NCBI GenBank assembly: GCA_965209025.1
Contig: OZ242375.1
Span: forward strand, 2,056,910-2,120,909
Direction: 5' to 3'
Origin: Acidimicrobiia bacterium
Lineage (GTDB): Bacteria > Actinomycetota > Acidimicrobiia > Spongiisociales > ZC4RG35
Length of the DNA stretch: 64,000 nt
The position numbers and the translations under genes are program-made. The notes under the pieces are model-generated. The model made no database searches. It worked only from the letters and a program-made list of their open reading frames with translations, and was not told the origin of the DNA. Below, piece after piece: positions 38,973 through 47,994 of the stretch. The stretch's first letter is position 1; each line of letters begins with the position of its first letter.

Positions 38973-40890
38973 AGAACTCGCAGTAGCGGTAGTCAAGGGA
39001 TTGGCCATGGACGCCGTCCAGCGAGCCAACTCCGGCCATCCGGGGATGCCTATGGGCATGGCCGACATTGCCGTGACCCTCTGGTCCCGTTTCATGAGGG
39101 TGGATCCCGAATGTCCCACCTGGCCGGACAGGGACCGCTTCGTGCTCTCCAACGGTCACGGCTCGATGCTGCTCTACGCCATGCTGCATCTGTGCGGGTT
39201 CCCGATCACCATGGACGATTTGAAGAACTTCCGCCAGTGGGGTTATCCCACTGCCGGCCACCCCGAGAGGGAACCGGAACTGGGGATCGAGACAACCACC
39301 GGCCCTCTCGGCCAGGGCTTCGCCAACGGGGTGGGGATGGCCATCGCCGAGGAGCATCTCCGGGCCCGGTTGGGCGCCGACCAGGTCGATCACCACACCT
39401 ATGGGTTCGTGTCCGACGGGGACCTGATGGAGGGCGTGGCGGCCGAGGCGGCTTCCCTGGCCGGGCATCTCGGCCTGGGAAGGCTGGTCTACTTCTACGA
39501 CGACAACCGCATCTCCATCGACGGCGGAACGGAGATCACCTTCTCCGAGGATGTCGGGGCGCGGTTCCGGGCGTTGGGCTGGCACACCGTCTCGGTGGAC
39601 GGTCACGACCGTTCGGCGGTGGAGGAGGCGACCCGGGAGGCTCTAGGAACGGAGGACCGGCCGTCGCTGATCATCTGTCGTACCCACATCGCTCAGGGGG
39701 CTCCCAACCTTGTCGACACCTCGGCCGCCCACGGCGCTCCGCTCGGAGCAGATGAAGTGAGATTGACCAAGGAAAGGATCGGGTTACCTCCCGATGAGGA
39801 CTTCTGGGCGCCGCCGGAGGTCTACAACTTCATGTCGGAAGCCATGGAGCGGGGTAGGGCCGCCCGTCGTGATTGGGAGGGCCGGGAACGGACTGCAGAG
39901 TGGCGGTCTCTCCACACCCACCGGCCGGTGAAACTGGAATCTCCGGGGTTCGAGCCTGGTGACAGCATCGCCACCCGTTCGGCATCGGGGAAGCTCTTCG
40001 GCCAGATCGGGGAGAGTGTGCCGGGCTTCATCGGCGGCGCGGCCGACCTGGCGGAGTCCACCAAGACGGTGCTGCCCGGCGACCCGGGATTCTCCCGTTC
40101 GGCACGCACCGGTCGGAACGTTCACTTCGGGGTGAGGGAGCACGGGATGGGAGGGATCGTGAACGGAATGGCGCTGCATGGAGGGGTACGCCCATACGGT
40201 TCCACCTTCTTCGTTTTCACCGACTACATGCGCCCCTCCATACGGCTCTCCGCCCTGATGGGGATCCCCTGTGTGTGGGTGCTGACCCACGATTCGATCT
40301 TCCTGGGAGAGGATGGCCCCACCCATCAGCCTGTCGAGCATCTGGCGAGCCTCCGGGCCATGCCCGGATTGTGGGTGATCCGCCCCGCCGACGCCGTCGA
40401 GACCGTGGAGGCTTGGGAGATGGCCTTGAATCGCACCGACGGCCCCACCGTCTTGGCCCTCAGTCGCCAGAACCTCCCGGTGCTGGACCGCTCCCAGGCG
40501 CATGGCAGGGCCTCCCGGGGCGGATACATGCTGCGTCCCGGCGAAGACGTGGTGCTGATGGCCGGCGGGTCGGAGGTGTCCCTGGCGCTGGAGGCGGCCG
40601 ACCTGCTTGAGAACCGGGGAATCTCGGCGCGGGTAGTCAGTCTCACCTGTTGGGAGGCGTTCGCAGAGCAGGACTCCTCCTACCGGCGAGAGGTGCTGGG
40701 TGCGGGCACTACCAGGGTGTCGGTGGAGGCCGGCGCCACCTTCGGGTGGGAAAGAATGGTGGGGGCCGGCGGGCTGGCGATCGGGATCGACAGTTTCGGC
40801 GCTTCGGCTCCCTACGAGGTACTGGCCCGACAATTCGGTTTCGAAGCCGAGGCCGTGGCCGAGCGGGTGCTTTCCCACATCTCCGCCTAG
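38962..40890 (+). CDS. tkt: Transketolase
   Basis: TPP motif (RANSGHPGMPMGMAD ... LSNGHGSMLLYA) and full-length transketolase architecture. The start overlaps the upstream gene's stop by 11 nt. Confidence 0.9.
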   Translation: MRNEELAVAVVKGLAMDAVQRANSGHPGMPMGMADIAVTLWSRFMRVDPECPTWPDRDRFVLSNGHGSMLLYAMLHLCGFPITMDDLKNFRQWGYPTAGHPEREPELGIETTTGPLGQGFANGVGMAIAEEHLRARLGADQVDHHTYGFVSDGDLMEGVAAEAASLAGHLGLGRLVYFYDDNRISIDGGTEITFSEDVGARFRALGWHTVSVDGHDRSAVEEATREALGTEDRPSLIICRTHIAQGAPNLVDTSAAHGAPLGADEVRLTKERIGLPPDEDFWAPPEVYNFMSEAMERGRAARRDWEGRERTAEWRSLHTHRPVKLESPGFEPGDSIATRSASGKLFGQIGESVPGFIGGAADLAESTKTVLPGDPGFSRSARTGRNVHFGVREHGMGGIVNGMALHGGVRPYGSTFFVFTDYMRPSIRLSALMGIPCVWVLTHDSIFLGEDGPTHQPVEHLASLRAMPGLWVIRPADAVETVEAWEMALNRTDGPTVLALSRQNLPVLDRSQAHGRASRGGYMLRPGEDVVLMAGGSEVSLALEAADLLENRGISARVVSLTCWEAFAEQDSSYRREVLGAGTTRVSVEAGATFGWERMVGAGGLAIGIDSFGASAPYEVLARQFGFEAEAVAERVLSHISA

Positions 40891-40935
40891 CAACGGTGAT
40901 ACCGACCGGAGCCACTTTCGGACCTGCCGCCTTCA

Positions 40936-41558
40936 TGGCCGCTTGGGCGGGGGGTCTAGCGCTCACCCTGCCGCTGGCGGTTCGCTGGCAGGTCGCCAAG
41001 CGGGGATACCAGATGCTGGGAGCCGGGACCGCCGCGCTGTTGATGATCTACCCGGCGCTGCGCTCCTGGTGGGCGGCCGCCGGGTTGGCCCTGGTGCTGA
41101 TCGGGATCTGGCGTTCGGGTCGGCGGGAGTTTTCAGGATTGGTGACGGCCGGAGCGGTCCTGACATTGGTTTCCTCGGTGCTTTCGGCCGGATGGGTCTC
41201 GACCATCGCCAGCGGTGCGGCCCTGGGAGGAATCACCGCCACCATGCTCTTGGGTCATTGGTTCCTGGTTGACCCGACGCTTCCCCGCTGGGCCTTGCGG
41301 CGGCTGGATGTAATGGCAGGCATCGGGTTGCTTCTCAGCCTGGTGGGCGGCTGGATCAACGGAGCGATTCCCTACGACGGTGGATCGTTGGGTTGGGTTC
41401 TGGCTGCCCTCTCCCTGGTGGGCGTCGCCCTGGTGGTGGGCACCTGGTTCTCCCTGGGCGAGACGGGCTACTCGGGTGTGATGGCAGCCACCGGCCTCTC
41501 CTACCTGGGCGTCGTGACCATCGCCGCGGTGGTGTTTCTCAATCACTTGATGCTGTAA
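40936..41558 (+). CDS. Hypothetical polytopic membrane protein (~6 TM)
   Basis: Hydrophobic helices throughout and no recognised motif. An alternative GTG start lies near 40894. Confidence 0.5.
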
Positions 41559-41737
41559 ACCAGAGAGGACTACCGCAATGGAGGAGATCCGATTTCGGTT
41601 CTCGGGTGATGGCGATCATCGCACCATACCGGCACCGAACCCCGCAGGACCACACGGCTGGCTGGTTCGGCGTAGATTCTCGGTCGTCCTCGATAGGACA
41701 GCACATCGCCCCAATTCAGACCGGACCGGGCGTCTTA

Positions 41738-42652
41738 CTAACGGATCATGAAGGCGGAGGCATGAACGACAGCCCCGTCCAGGGTCAGGGCCTGGCCTGC
41801 TATCCATTGACCCCTGACGTACAGTTCGATGCCGAGGCCCAGTCCGGTTTTTGCCACCACCTTCCCGCGGTAGAACTGGCTGATGGCCCAGAGGACTCGA
41901 CTGGCAGACGGATAGCCATCCGACATGGATCGCTCCATCAGGTAAGAGCGGATCAGGCCCTCCCAGTGGGACATCAGCAATCTGGGATTGCCGAACAAGT
42001 CCATCGCCACCACTCTCCTGCCGTGAGTGACCACCACGCCGCATTGGCCGGGCAGGGGTCCTAGCTCCACGAGGCTCTCGATCGACTTGGAGCGGGGGTG
42101 GTTGAGGTTGAGGTGCTCTTGAGCGTCTCTGGCAGCGCTGGTCCGGGAGATGACTCCAACCCGGGCGAGTTCCTCGTCGACGCTGCGCCAGACGGCGGCC
42201 TGATCGCTTCGGGGAGATCCACCCCTGAGGACCGATGCGGAAACCGATCGGTTCTTTGCTCGCCGCGTGCGTCTCGGCGCGTATGCCCGGCCGCGTTCGA
42301 AGCCGCGGCGATCGCCCCACCGTCCCTGTTCGAGACAGGACACCGGTATGTCCAAGTGGGTTGAGGCAGCGACGAGAACGCTGGTGTTCAGCACCCTGTC
42401 CTGGAGGCCTCCAAAGAACTGCTCCCCCTCGGGGACCAGAACGGGGAGTCCGGTGGAATTCGTGGCCCTGAGAAACGGCACCGTCGATTCAGGTAACTCC
42501 TCGACGTCCAGTCCCGAGCCCTTACCGGTGGCGATTTCCGGGAGATGGTTCTCGATGAGGTACACGGGGAAGAAGGAGACGCCTAGACGGGTGACAGGTC
42601 GTCCCACCGCCGCCCGCTCCAAGTTCGGTTTGATAGTGATGCTGTCGGTCAC
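41738..42652 (-). CDS. Conserved hypothetical protein (304 aa), GTG start with strong RBS
   Basis: A GAGGAG RBS lies 5 nt upstream of the GTG. Codon bias is genomic and no family was recognised. About 220 nt of leader precedes it. Confidence 0.55.
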   Translation of the reverse strand: MTDSITIKPNLERAAVGRPVTRLGVSFFPVYLIENHLPEIATGKGSGLDVEELPESTVPFLRATNSTGLPVLVPEGEQFFGGLQDRVLNTSVLVAASTHLDIPVSCLEQGRWGDRRGFERGRAYAPRRTRRAKNRSVSASVLRGGSPRSDQAAVWRSVDEELARVGVISRTSAARDAQEHLNLNHPRSKSIESLVELGPLPGQCGVVVTHGRRVVAMDLFGNPRLLMSHWEGLIRSYLMERSMSDGYPSASRVLWAISQFYRGKVVAKTGLGLGIELYVRGQWIAGQALTLDGAVVHASAFMIR

Positions 42653-42871
42653 GAAACTCCTCTCTTCTGGGTGGCTTCTTGCCTCACGGGTTCTGATTGA
42701 GTCTCGATGCCATAACGGTTGTCAGTGCTGATATCACAGTAAGAGGCCCCTGTGACAGTTTCTGTCCCGTCGCGGCATGCGGCCGCCGCAATGGAGGAGG
42801 CCCGATAGGGCCTGGCAGCAGCCCGTAGCCAATCCCCTCCCGTTGAAAACCGATTGCCCTTTGGGCGTCCA

Positions 42872-42898
42872 ACCCCCCGGCCTTCTAAAGAGGGGGGT
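42872..42898 (-). terminator. GC-rich hairpin (ACCCCCC-N13-GGGGGGT) 2 nt after the wecB stop; no U-tract
   Basis: A 7-bp G/C stem directly abuts the TAA of the minus-strand wecB. Confidence 0.4.
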
Positions 42899-42899
42899 C

Positions 42900-44024
42900 T
42901 TACCCTCTAACCAGCTTTTCGATTAGGGTGACCGAACGGACCGAGGCGGTGCCGTCTCCGTAGGGGGTGGGGGTTTCGGCCAGGCGGCTGTGGGTGTATT
43001 CCAGGGTCTCGATTATCTGGATGACGGCCTCGTCTATGTGGTCGCCCGGCCTGCGGAGGACCGCGAAGGTGCCGATCACCTCGGGGCGTTCGGTGGAGTT
43101 GCGCACCACCACCATGGGTCGTTTCAGCACCGAGACCTCCTCCTGCAACCCGCCCGAGTCGGAGACGGCCAGTGCACATTCGGCGAGGAGCGACAGGAAC
43201 TCCCCGTAGGGGAGAGGATCGATCACCTGTAGCCGGTCGAGGAGCGGCTCCAAGCCGAAAGACACTGCCCGTCTGCGGCTGCGGGGATGGAGGGCCAGGA
43301 CCACGGGCAGGGGGAGGCGGGCCAGATCGGAGAGGATGGCCTTCCAGGTTTGGGGGTGATCGACGTTTTCGGGTCGGTGGAAAGTGGAGAGGATGAAGCC
43401 GTTGGGCGCCAAGCCGTGCCGGGCTAACACTTCGGCTCGCCGGTCGGCTTCGGGCAGGAGTGTTCCCACTGCTTCCACCACGGTGTTTCCGGTGATTGCC
43501 ACCCTATCGCCTGTGATCCCTTCGTTGGCGAGCTTGTTAGCCGCGGTCTGGGTGGGCGCCAGGCAAAGGTCGGAGAGATGATCGCATACCACCCGGTTGT
43601 GCTCCTCGGGCATAGCCCGGTCATGGCTACGGAGCCCCGCCTCGACATGCACCAGGGGAGTCTCGGTGGCGTTGGCGGCAAGGGCGCCGGCCAGCACCGC
43701 ATTCGTGTCGCCCTGGACCACCACCGCCCGGGCAGGGTCATCCTCCAGAAGACGGGTCAGCCGTGTGGTCGCCTCTCCGATCTGGATTCCCCGATGCTCC
43801 CCTCCCACCTCCAGGTAGTGGGTGGGAGGCGACAACCCGAAGGCTGCGAAGAACACCTGCGAGAGATTGGCGTCATAGTGCTGGCCGGTATGGATCACCC
43901 GGGCGGCGGGGCCCAGCAGCCGGATGATGTGAGCCAGCTTGATTATCTCGGGCCGGGTGCCGAGCACCACGGCTACCGAGGACGGCGGAAGGTCAGGTCC
44001 TACGTCGTCTTGCATCGTTGCCAC
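42900..44024 (-). CDS. wecB: UDP-N-acetylglucosamine 2-epimerase (non-hydrolysing)
   Basis: VAVVLGTRPEIIKLAHII ... HTGQHYD ... VQGDTNAVLAGALAA follow WecB/MnaA signatures. Confidence 0.85.
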   Translation of the reverse strand: MATMQDDVGPDLPPSSVAVVLGTRPEIIKLAHIIRLLGPAARVIHTGQHYDANLSQVFFAAFGLSPPTHYLEVGGEHRGIQIGEATTRLTRLLEDDPARAVVVQGDTNAVLAGALAANATETPLVHVEAGLRSHDRAMPEEHNRVVCDHLSDLCLAPTQTAANKLANEGITGDRVAITGNTVVEAVGTLLPEADRRAEVLARHGLAPNGFILSTFHRPENVDHPQTWKAILSDLARLPLPVVLALHPRSRRRAVSFGLEPLLDRLQVIDPLPYGEFLSLLAECALAVSDSGGLQEEVSVLKRPMVVVRNSTERPEVIGTFAVLRRPGDHIDEAVIQIIETLEYTHSRLAETPTPYGDGTASVRSVTLIEKLVRG

Positions 44025-44584
44025 TCTTGTTCCAATAGAGAATACACCTCATGATCCATCCACCTTCCTCGAACCAGAATCTCTTCTCGTGCAATCCCCT
44101 CATAGGAAAACCCTAGCTTCTCGGCGACCCGCCGGCTGGGATGGTTCCCCACTGCGATCCTCATGAGAATGCGGTGAAGTCCCATCGTCTCGAAACCCAG
44201 GCCGACCAGCGCCCTGGCCGCTTCGGTGGCCACGCCCTCGCCGGTCAGTTCGGTTCTCACCCAATAGCCGATTTCTCCGGTTCGCTGTATGCGAGAGGTG
44301 TACCAGATCCCCACTCCTCCCACCACCCGGCCGGGAGCGTTCTTCATGGTGAGCGAAAAGTCGAAAGCCCTTCCGCGGCGCCAGGAGCGGTTGGAACTCT
44401 TGATGAACAGCCGTGCTTGGGGCATCCCGTACAGCCCCTGTGCCCAGGGGAGCCACATGCTCAGTTCGGGCATTGAATCCGTCACCGCTTCCTTCAGCGG
44501 CCGGGCGTCGCCGGACCTGAAACGGCGCAGCCAGAGCCGTTCGGTGGGAACCGTGGGAGGCATGGAATGGAAGACGGGGTTCAT
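44000..44584 (-). CDS. GNAT-family N-acetyltransferase (RimJ/RimL-like)
   Basis: RLWLRRFRSGDARPL ... IGYWVRTELTGEGVATEA ... NHPSRRVAEKLGFSYEG is typical of a GNAT fold. Confidence 0.8.
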   Translation of the reverse strand: MNPVFHSMPPTVPTERLWLRRFRSGDARPLKEAVTDSMPELSMWLPWAQGLYGMPQARLFIKSSNRSWRRGRAFDFSLTMKNAPGRVVGGVGIWYTSRIQRTGEIGYWVRTELTGEGVATEAARALVGLGFETMGLHRILMRIAVGNHPSRRVAEKLGFSYEGIAREEILVRGRWMDHEVYSLLEQEWQRCKTT

Positions 44585-44616
44585 GGGGGGTTTCGGTTGT
44601 TGAGGGCTTTCCTGCC

Positions 44617-45186
44617 ATGATGAAGATTATGTGGGACCGCCTTCAATTCTCCTCCGAGGCGCCGGCCGTTCCCCAAGAGGGATTGGCAGCGGTCTTGGCC
44701 CCCATTTTCGCAGACCGGGACGGAATTCTGCGACTGGTCCTCACCAAAAGGTCTCGAAACCTCAACAGCCATGCCGGGCAGATCGCTTTTCCGGGTGGAA
44801 AACCCCATGCCGAGGATGCCGGTCCGGTGGAGACAGCTCTCCGTGAGACACATGAGGAGGTGGGCATTCATCCGTCAGAGGTGGAGGTGTTGGGTTTCCT
44901 GCCGGTGATCCGCACGGTGCGCTTCGCCCTGCCCATGGTGGGAATCGTGGCCCGGATCGGGGACGAACCGGTCTTTCACGCTTCGCTGGAAGAAGTGGAG
45001 AGAGTCCTGACTCCTTCTCTAAAGACGCTGGCGGCCCCCGAGAACTGGGTCGTTCGGAGTTGGTCCGGCGTGCCGCTCTGGTTCATGGACGTCTCGGGGG
45101 AGTGGCTGTGGGGAGCCACGGCTTACCTGGTGAGGGTCATGCTGGGATTGCCGGTAACGCCACGACCTGCCGATCTGACCGCCTAG
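44617..45186 (+). CDS. NUDIX hydrolase (CoA pyrophosphatase-like)
   Basis: Nudix box GGKPHAEDAGPVETALRETHEEVGI, preceded by LTKRSRNLNSHAGQIAFPGG. Confidence 0.8.
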   Translation: MMKIMWDRLQFSSEAPAVPQEGLAAVLAPIFADRDGILRLVLTKRSRNLNSHAGQIAFPGGKPHAEDAGPVETALRETHEEVGIHPSEVEVLGFLPVIRTVRFALPMVGIVARIGDEPVFHASLEEVERVLTPSLKTLAAPENWVVRSWSGVPLWFMDVSGEWLWGATAYLVRVMLGLPVTPRPADLTA

Positions 45187-46802
45187 AGGGACAACAGATC
45201 CCTGGGGGGCGGTTGCCGGGCGGCCCCGAGCCGCAACAATCCCACGGTCAGGCCATCCGAAAGCGCCTCCCATGACGCTTCGATGATGTTGGGATGAACT
45301 CCCACTGTCCCCCAGGAGGTGAGGCCGTCGGTGGTTTCGATCAGCACCCGGACGGTGGCGCTGGTGCCGTCGGCGGAATCCAGCACCCTCACCCGGTAGT
45401 CGATCAGCCGGAGGAGGTCGAGTTGAGGGAAGGCGGAGATCAGAGCGGCGCGGAGGGCCTGGTCCAGGGCGTGGACGGGCCCGACCCCGGTACCCGCGGT
45501 GCGGTGACGGGTCCCTCCGACTTCCACCACCACCTCGGCCTGGGAGACGACCTCTCCATCGGCGCCGTCATGTTGGATGGAGACCGAGAAGCTGTGAGCC
45601 GAGAAGAGGTTCTGGTTCCAGCCGAGCGTGCGTCGCACCAACAACTCGAAGGTCCCGTCGGCCGCTTCGAACTGGTATCCGCGGTGTTCCTTCTCCTTGA
45701 TGTGCCCGAGCAAATCCCCGGCCAGATCCTGGGACACCGACAGCCCCAGTGAGGCCGCTCTCCTGATCACCGCCGCCCGTCCGGCCTGCTCGGAGATGAC
45801 CATCCGTGTGTGGTTCCCCACCAGGTCGGGACGGGTGTGCTCGTAGGCGTCGGGCCGGCGGGCCAGGGCAGACGTGTGCAAACCGGCCTTGTGCGTGAAC
45901 GCCGAGGCGCCCACGTACGGGCGGTGAGGCTCCAGGGTGATGTTCACCACCTCGGCTATGTGATGGGAGATGGAAGAAATCTGGGAGAGCCGCCCTTCGT
46001 CCAACACGGGAACGCCCATTTTCAGCACCAGGTCGGGGATGACGGTGGACAGATTGGCGTTGCCGGTCCGCTCGCCATAGCCGTTTATACAACCCTGAAC
46101 CTGCCTCACCCCCTGCGCTGCGGCTCCCAACGACGAAGCCACCGCGCATCCGGCGTCGTCGTGGAAATGGACTCCCAGGTCGGCTCCGGGCAGGGCCAGG
46201 CCTATCTCATCGATGATCCTGTTGATCTCGGCGGGAAGGGCCCCGCCGTTGGTGTCGCACAGCACCAGCCGCTCCGCGCCCGCCTCCCATGCCGCCCGCA
46301 ACACCGCCAGGGCGTAACGGGGGTTGGTGCGATAGCCGTCGAAGAAGTGCTCGGCGTCGAAGAACACCCGTCTGCGGTGTGACTTCAGATACTCCACCGA
46401 CTCGGCGGCCATTCGGATGCCCTCGTCCAGGTCGGTGCGAAGGGCCTCTCGGACGTGGTAGTCCCAGGACTTGCCCACGATGCAAATGACCTCGGTCTCC
46501 GCCTCCAGCAAGGCCTGTATCTGGGGATCGGTCTCCACCTGTCGGGAGGGACGACGGGTGGATCCGAAAGCGGTGAGTTGGCTGTTGGACAGGGACAACT
46601 CGGTCTTGGCCCGGGCGAAGAACTCGTCATCCTTCGGTAAGGCGCCGGGCCATCCCCCCTCTATGAAGTGGACTCCCAGGTCGTCCAGGAGGGAAGCGAT
46701 CCGCAGCTTGTCGGAGACGGTGAGGGAGATGCCCTCCTGCTGAGCGCCGTCGCGCAGCGTGGTGTCGTAGATCTCGAGTTCCGGGTGGACTGTGGGGGCC
46801 AT
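45183..46802 (-). CDS. cimA: Citramalate synthase (LeuA/CimA family; CimA-type GWPGALPKD motif)
   Basis: IYDTTLRDGAQQEGISLTV ... FIEGGWPGALPKDDEFF and a C-terminal LeuA-dimer-like regulatory domain. The assignment of CimA over LeuA rests on these motifs and on the Ile-rich leader upstream. Confidence 0.7.
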   Translation of the reverse strand: MAPTVHPELEIYDTTLRDGAQQEGISLTVSDKLRIASLLDDLGVHFIEGGWPGALPKDDEFFARAKTELSLSNSQLTAFGSTRRPSRQVETDPQIQALLEAETEVICIVGKSWDYHVREALRTDLDEGIRMAAESVEYLKSHRRRVFFDAEHFFDGYRTNPRYALAVLRAAWEAGAERLVLCDTNGGALPAEINRIIDEIGLALPGADLGVHFHDDAGCAVASSLGAAAQGVRQVQGCINGYGERTGNANLSTVIPDLVLKMGVPVLDEGRLSQISSISHHIAEVVNITLEPHRPYVGASAFTHKAGLHTSALARRPDAYEHTRPDLVGNHTRMVISEQAGRAAVIRRAASLGLSVSQDLAGDLLGHIKEKEHRGYQFEAADGTFELLVRRTLGWNQNLFSAHSFSVSIQHDGADGEVVSQAEVVVEVGGTRHRTAGTGVGPVHALDQALRAALISAFPQLDLLRLIDYRVRVLDSADGTSATVRVLIETTDGLTSWGTVGVHPNIIEASWEALSDGLTVGLLRLGAARQPPPRDLLSL

Positions 46803-46816
46803 GGTTTCTCCGGGGC

Positions 46817-46848
46817 AATCAAAAAGCCCTCTGCCGGGCAGAGGGCTT
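46817..46848 (-). terminator. Attenuator terminator: 10-12 bp hairpin (AAGCCCTCTGCC / GGCAGAGGGCTT) followed by UUUUU on the minus strand, 15 nt upstream of cimA ATG
   Basis: A perfect inverted repeat spans 46824-46848. The plus-strand A5 at 46821-46825 gives a U-tract in the minus-strand transcript. Confidence 0.65.
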
Positions 46849-46874
46849 GGCGCGGGCTGCGGGCGGGCCGGCGC

Positions 46875-46916
46875 CTATGGGTCGATAATGATGGAAAGGG
46901 AGGCGATCATTTGCAT
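46875..46916 (-). CDS. Leader peptide MQMIASLSIIIDP (13 aa, Ile-rich) of cimA attenuator
   Basis: The minus-strand ORF is ATG CAA ATG ATC GCC TCC CTT TCC ATC ATT ATC GAC CCA TAG. It lies 7 nt after the -10 hexamer, so it is leaderless. Three consecutive Ile codons are present. Confidence 0.6.
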   Translation of the reverse strand: MQMIASLSIIIDP

Positions 46917-46923
46917 GGCGGCC

Positions 46924-46952
46924 ATTATGGCAGAACCGAGGGGAGATGTCAA
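46924..46952 (-). promoter_or_regulatory. Promoter TTGACA-17-CATAAT driving the cimA leader transcript
   Basis: Reverse complement of plus-strand 46947-46952 is TTGACA; reverse complement of 46924-46929 is CATAAT. The spacer is exactly 17 nt. Confidence 0.6.
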
Positions 46953-46961
46953 CTGGTTAGG

Positions 46962-47963
46962 ATGAGCGCTGTTTCCATGGCCGCAGCCAAGAAGAAGGTT
47001 TTCTCGGGCATCCAACCCACCGGTGAGCTTCACCTGGGCAACCTGGTGGGAGCGCTGCGCAACTGGGCACAGATGCAGGAGGACTACGAGACTTATTACT
47101 GCGTGGTGGACCTCCATGCCATGACCGTTCCCTATGATCCGGTCGCTTTCGGGACCGCCCGCCTCGAGACCGCCAAGCTGGTGATGGCATCGGGCATAGA
47201 CCCCCGGCGGTCGGTGTTCTACTTCCAGTCCCAGGTACCCCAGCACGCCGAGTTGGCCTGGGTGCTGTCGACCATAACCGGCATCGGACAGCTCAACCGG
47301 ATGACCCAGTACAAGGAGAAGGCGGATCGCACCGGCCAGAACCTGGGCCTCCTGTCCTATCCGGTGTTGATGGCGGCGGACATCCTGATCCACAAGGTGC
47401 ACGCGGTGCCGGTGGGCGACGACCAGCGCCAGCACCTGGAGTTGACGCGAGACCTGGTGGAGCGCTTCAACCACCGCTTCGGAGAGGTGTTCCCTGTTCC
47501 TGAGCGGATCACTCCCGAGGTTGGGGCGCGGGTGATGTCGCTCCAGGATCCGACCTCCAAGATGTCCAAGAGCGATCCGGACGTGCGGTCCCGGCTGCTG
47601 TTGACCGACTCGGCCGACCAGATCCGCCTCAAGGTACGCGCCGCGGTCACCGACTCGGGACGCACGGTCGACTATGACTGGGAGACGAAGCCGGGCATCT
47701 CGAATCTGTTGGAGTTGTTCTCGGTGGCCGCCGGCCGATCCACCGAGGACCTGGCCGCCGAGTACCGGGACCAGGGGTACGGTCGGTTCAAGGGCGCGGT
47801 GGCCGAGGCGCTCTGTGAGTACATGGCGCCGGTGCGGGAGCGATACGAGGGCATGGAGGACGCCGAAGTGTCACGCCTCATGTCCGAAGGAGCCGCCGAG
47901 GCCCGCCGCCGGGCCGCGGTCTCGATGGCAACCGTCTGGGAGGCGGTGGGGTTGTCAACCTAG
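46962..47963 (+). CDS. trpS: Tryptophan--tRNA ligase
   Basis: SGIQPTGELHLGNLVGAL (HIGH-like region) and the KMSKSDPD motif. Confidence 0.9.
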   Translation: MSAVSMAAAKKKVFSGIQPTGELHLGNLVGALRNWAQMQEDYETYYCVVDLHAMTVPYDPVAFGTARLETAKLVMASGIDPRRSVFYFQSQVPQHAELAWVLSTITGIGQLNRMTQYKEKADRTGQNLGLLSYPVLMAADILIHKVHAVPVGDDQRQHLELTRDLVERFNHRFGEVFPVPERITPEVGARVMSLQDPTSKMSKSDPDVRSRLLLTDSADQIRLKVRAAVTDSGRTVDYDWETKPGISNLLELFSVAAGRSTEDLAAEYRDQGYGRFKGAVAEALCEYMAPVRERYEGMEDAEVSRLMSEGAAEARRRAAVSMATVWEAVGLST

Positions 47964-47994
47964 GCCGGGTGCGGTCACTCCCCTGGCGGATGGT

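Noticed and set aside
41578-41748. 56-codon ORF MEEIRFRFSGDGDH... with a good GAGAGGA RBS downstream of the membrane protein gene
   Set aside because: Third-codon-position GC is only about 55%, against more than 80% in neighbouring genes. The ORF overlaps the 3' end of the convergent 304-aa gene, so it is probably non-coding.
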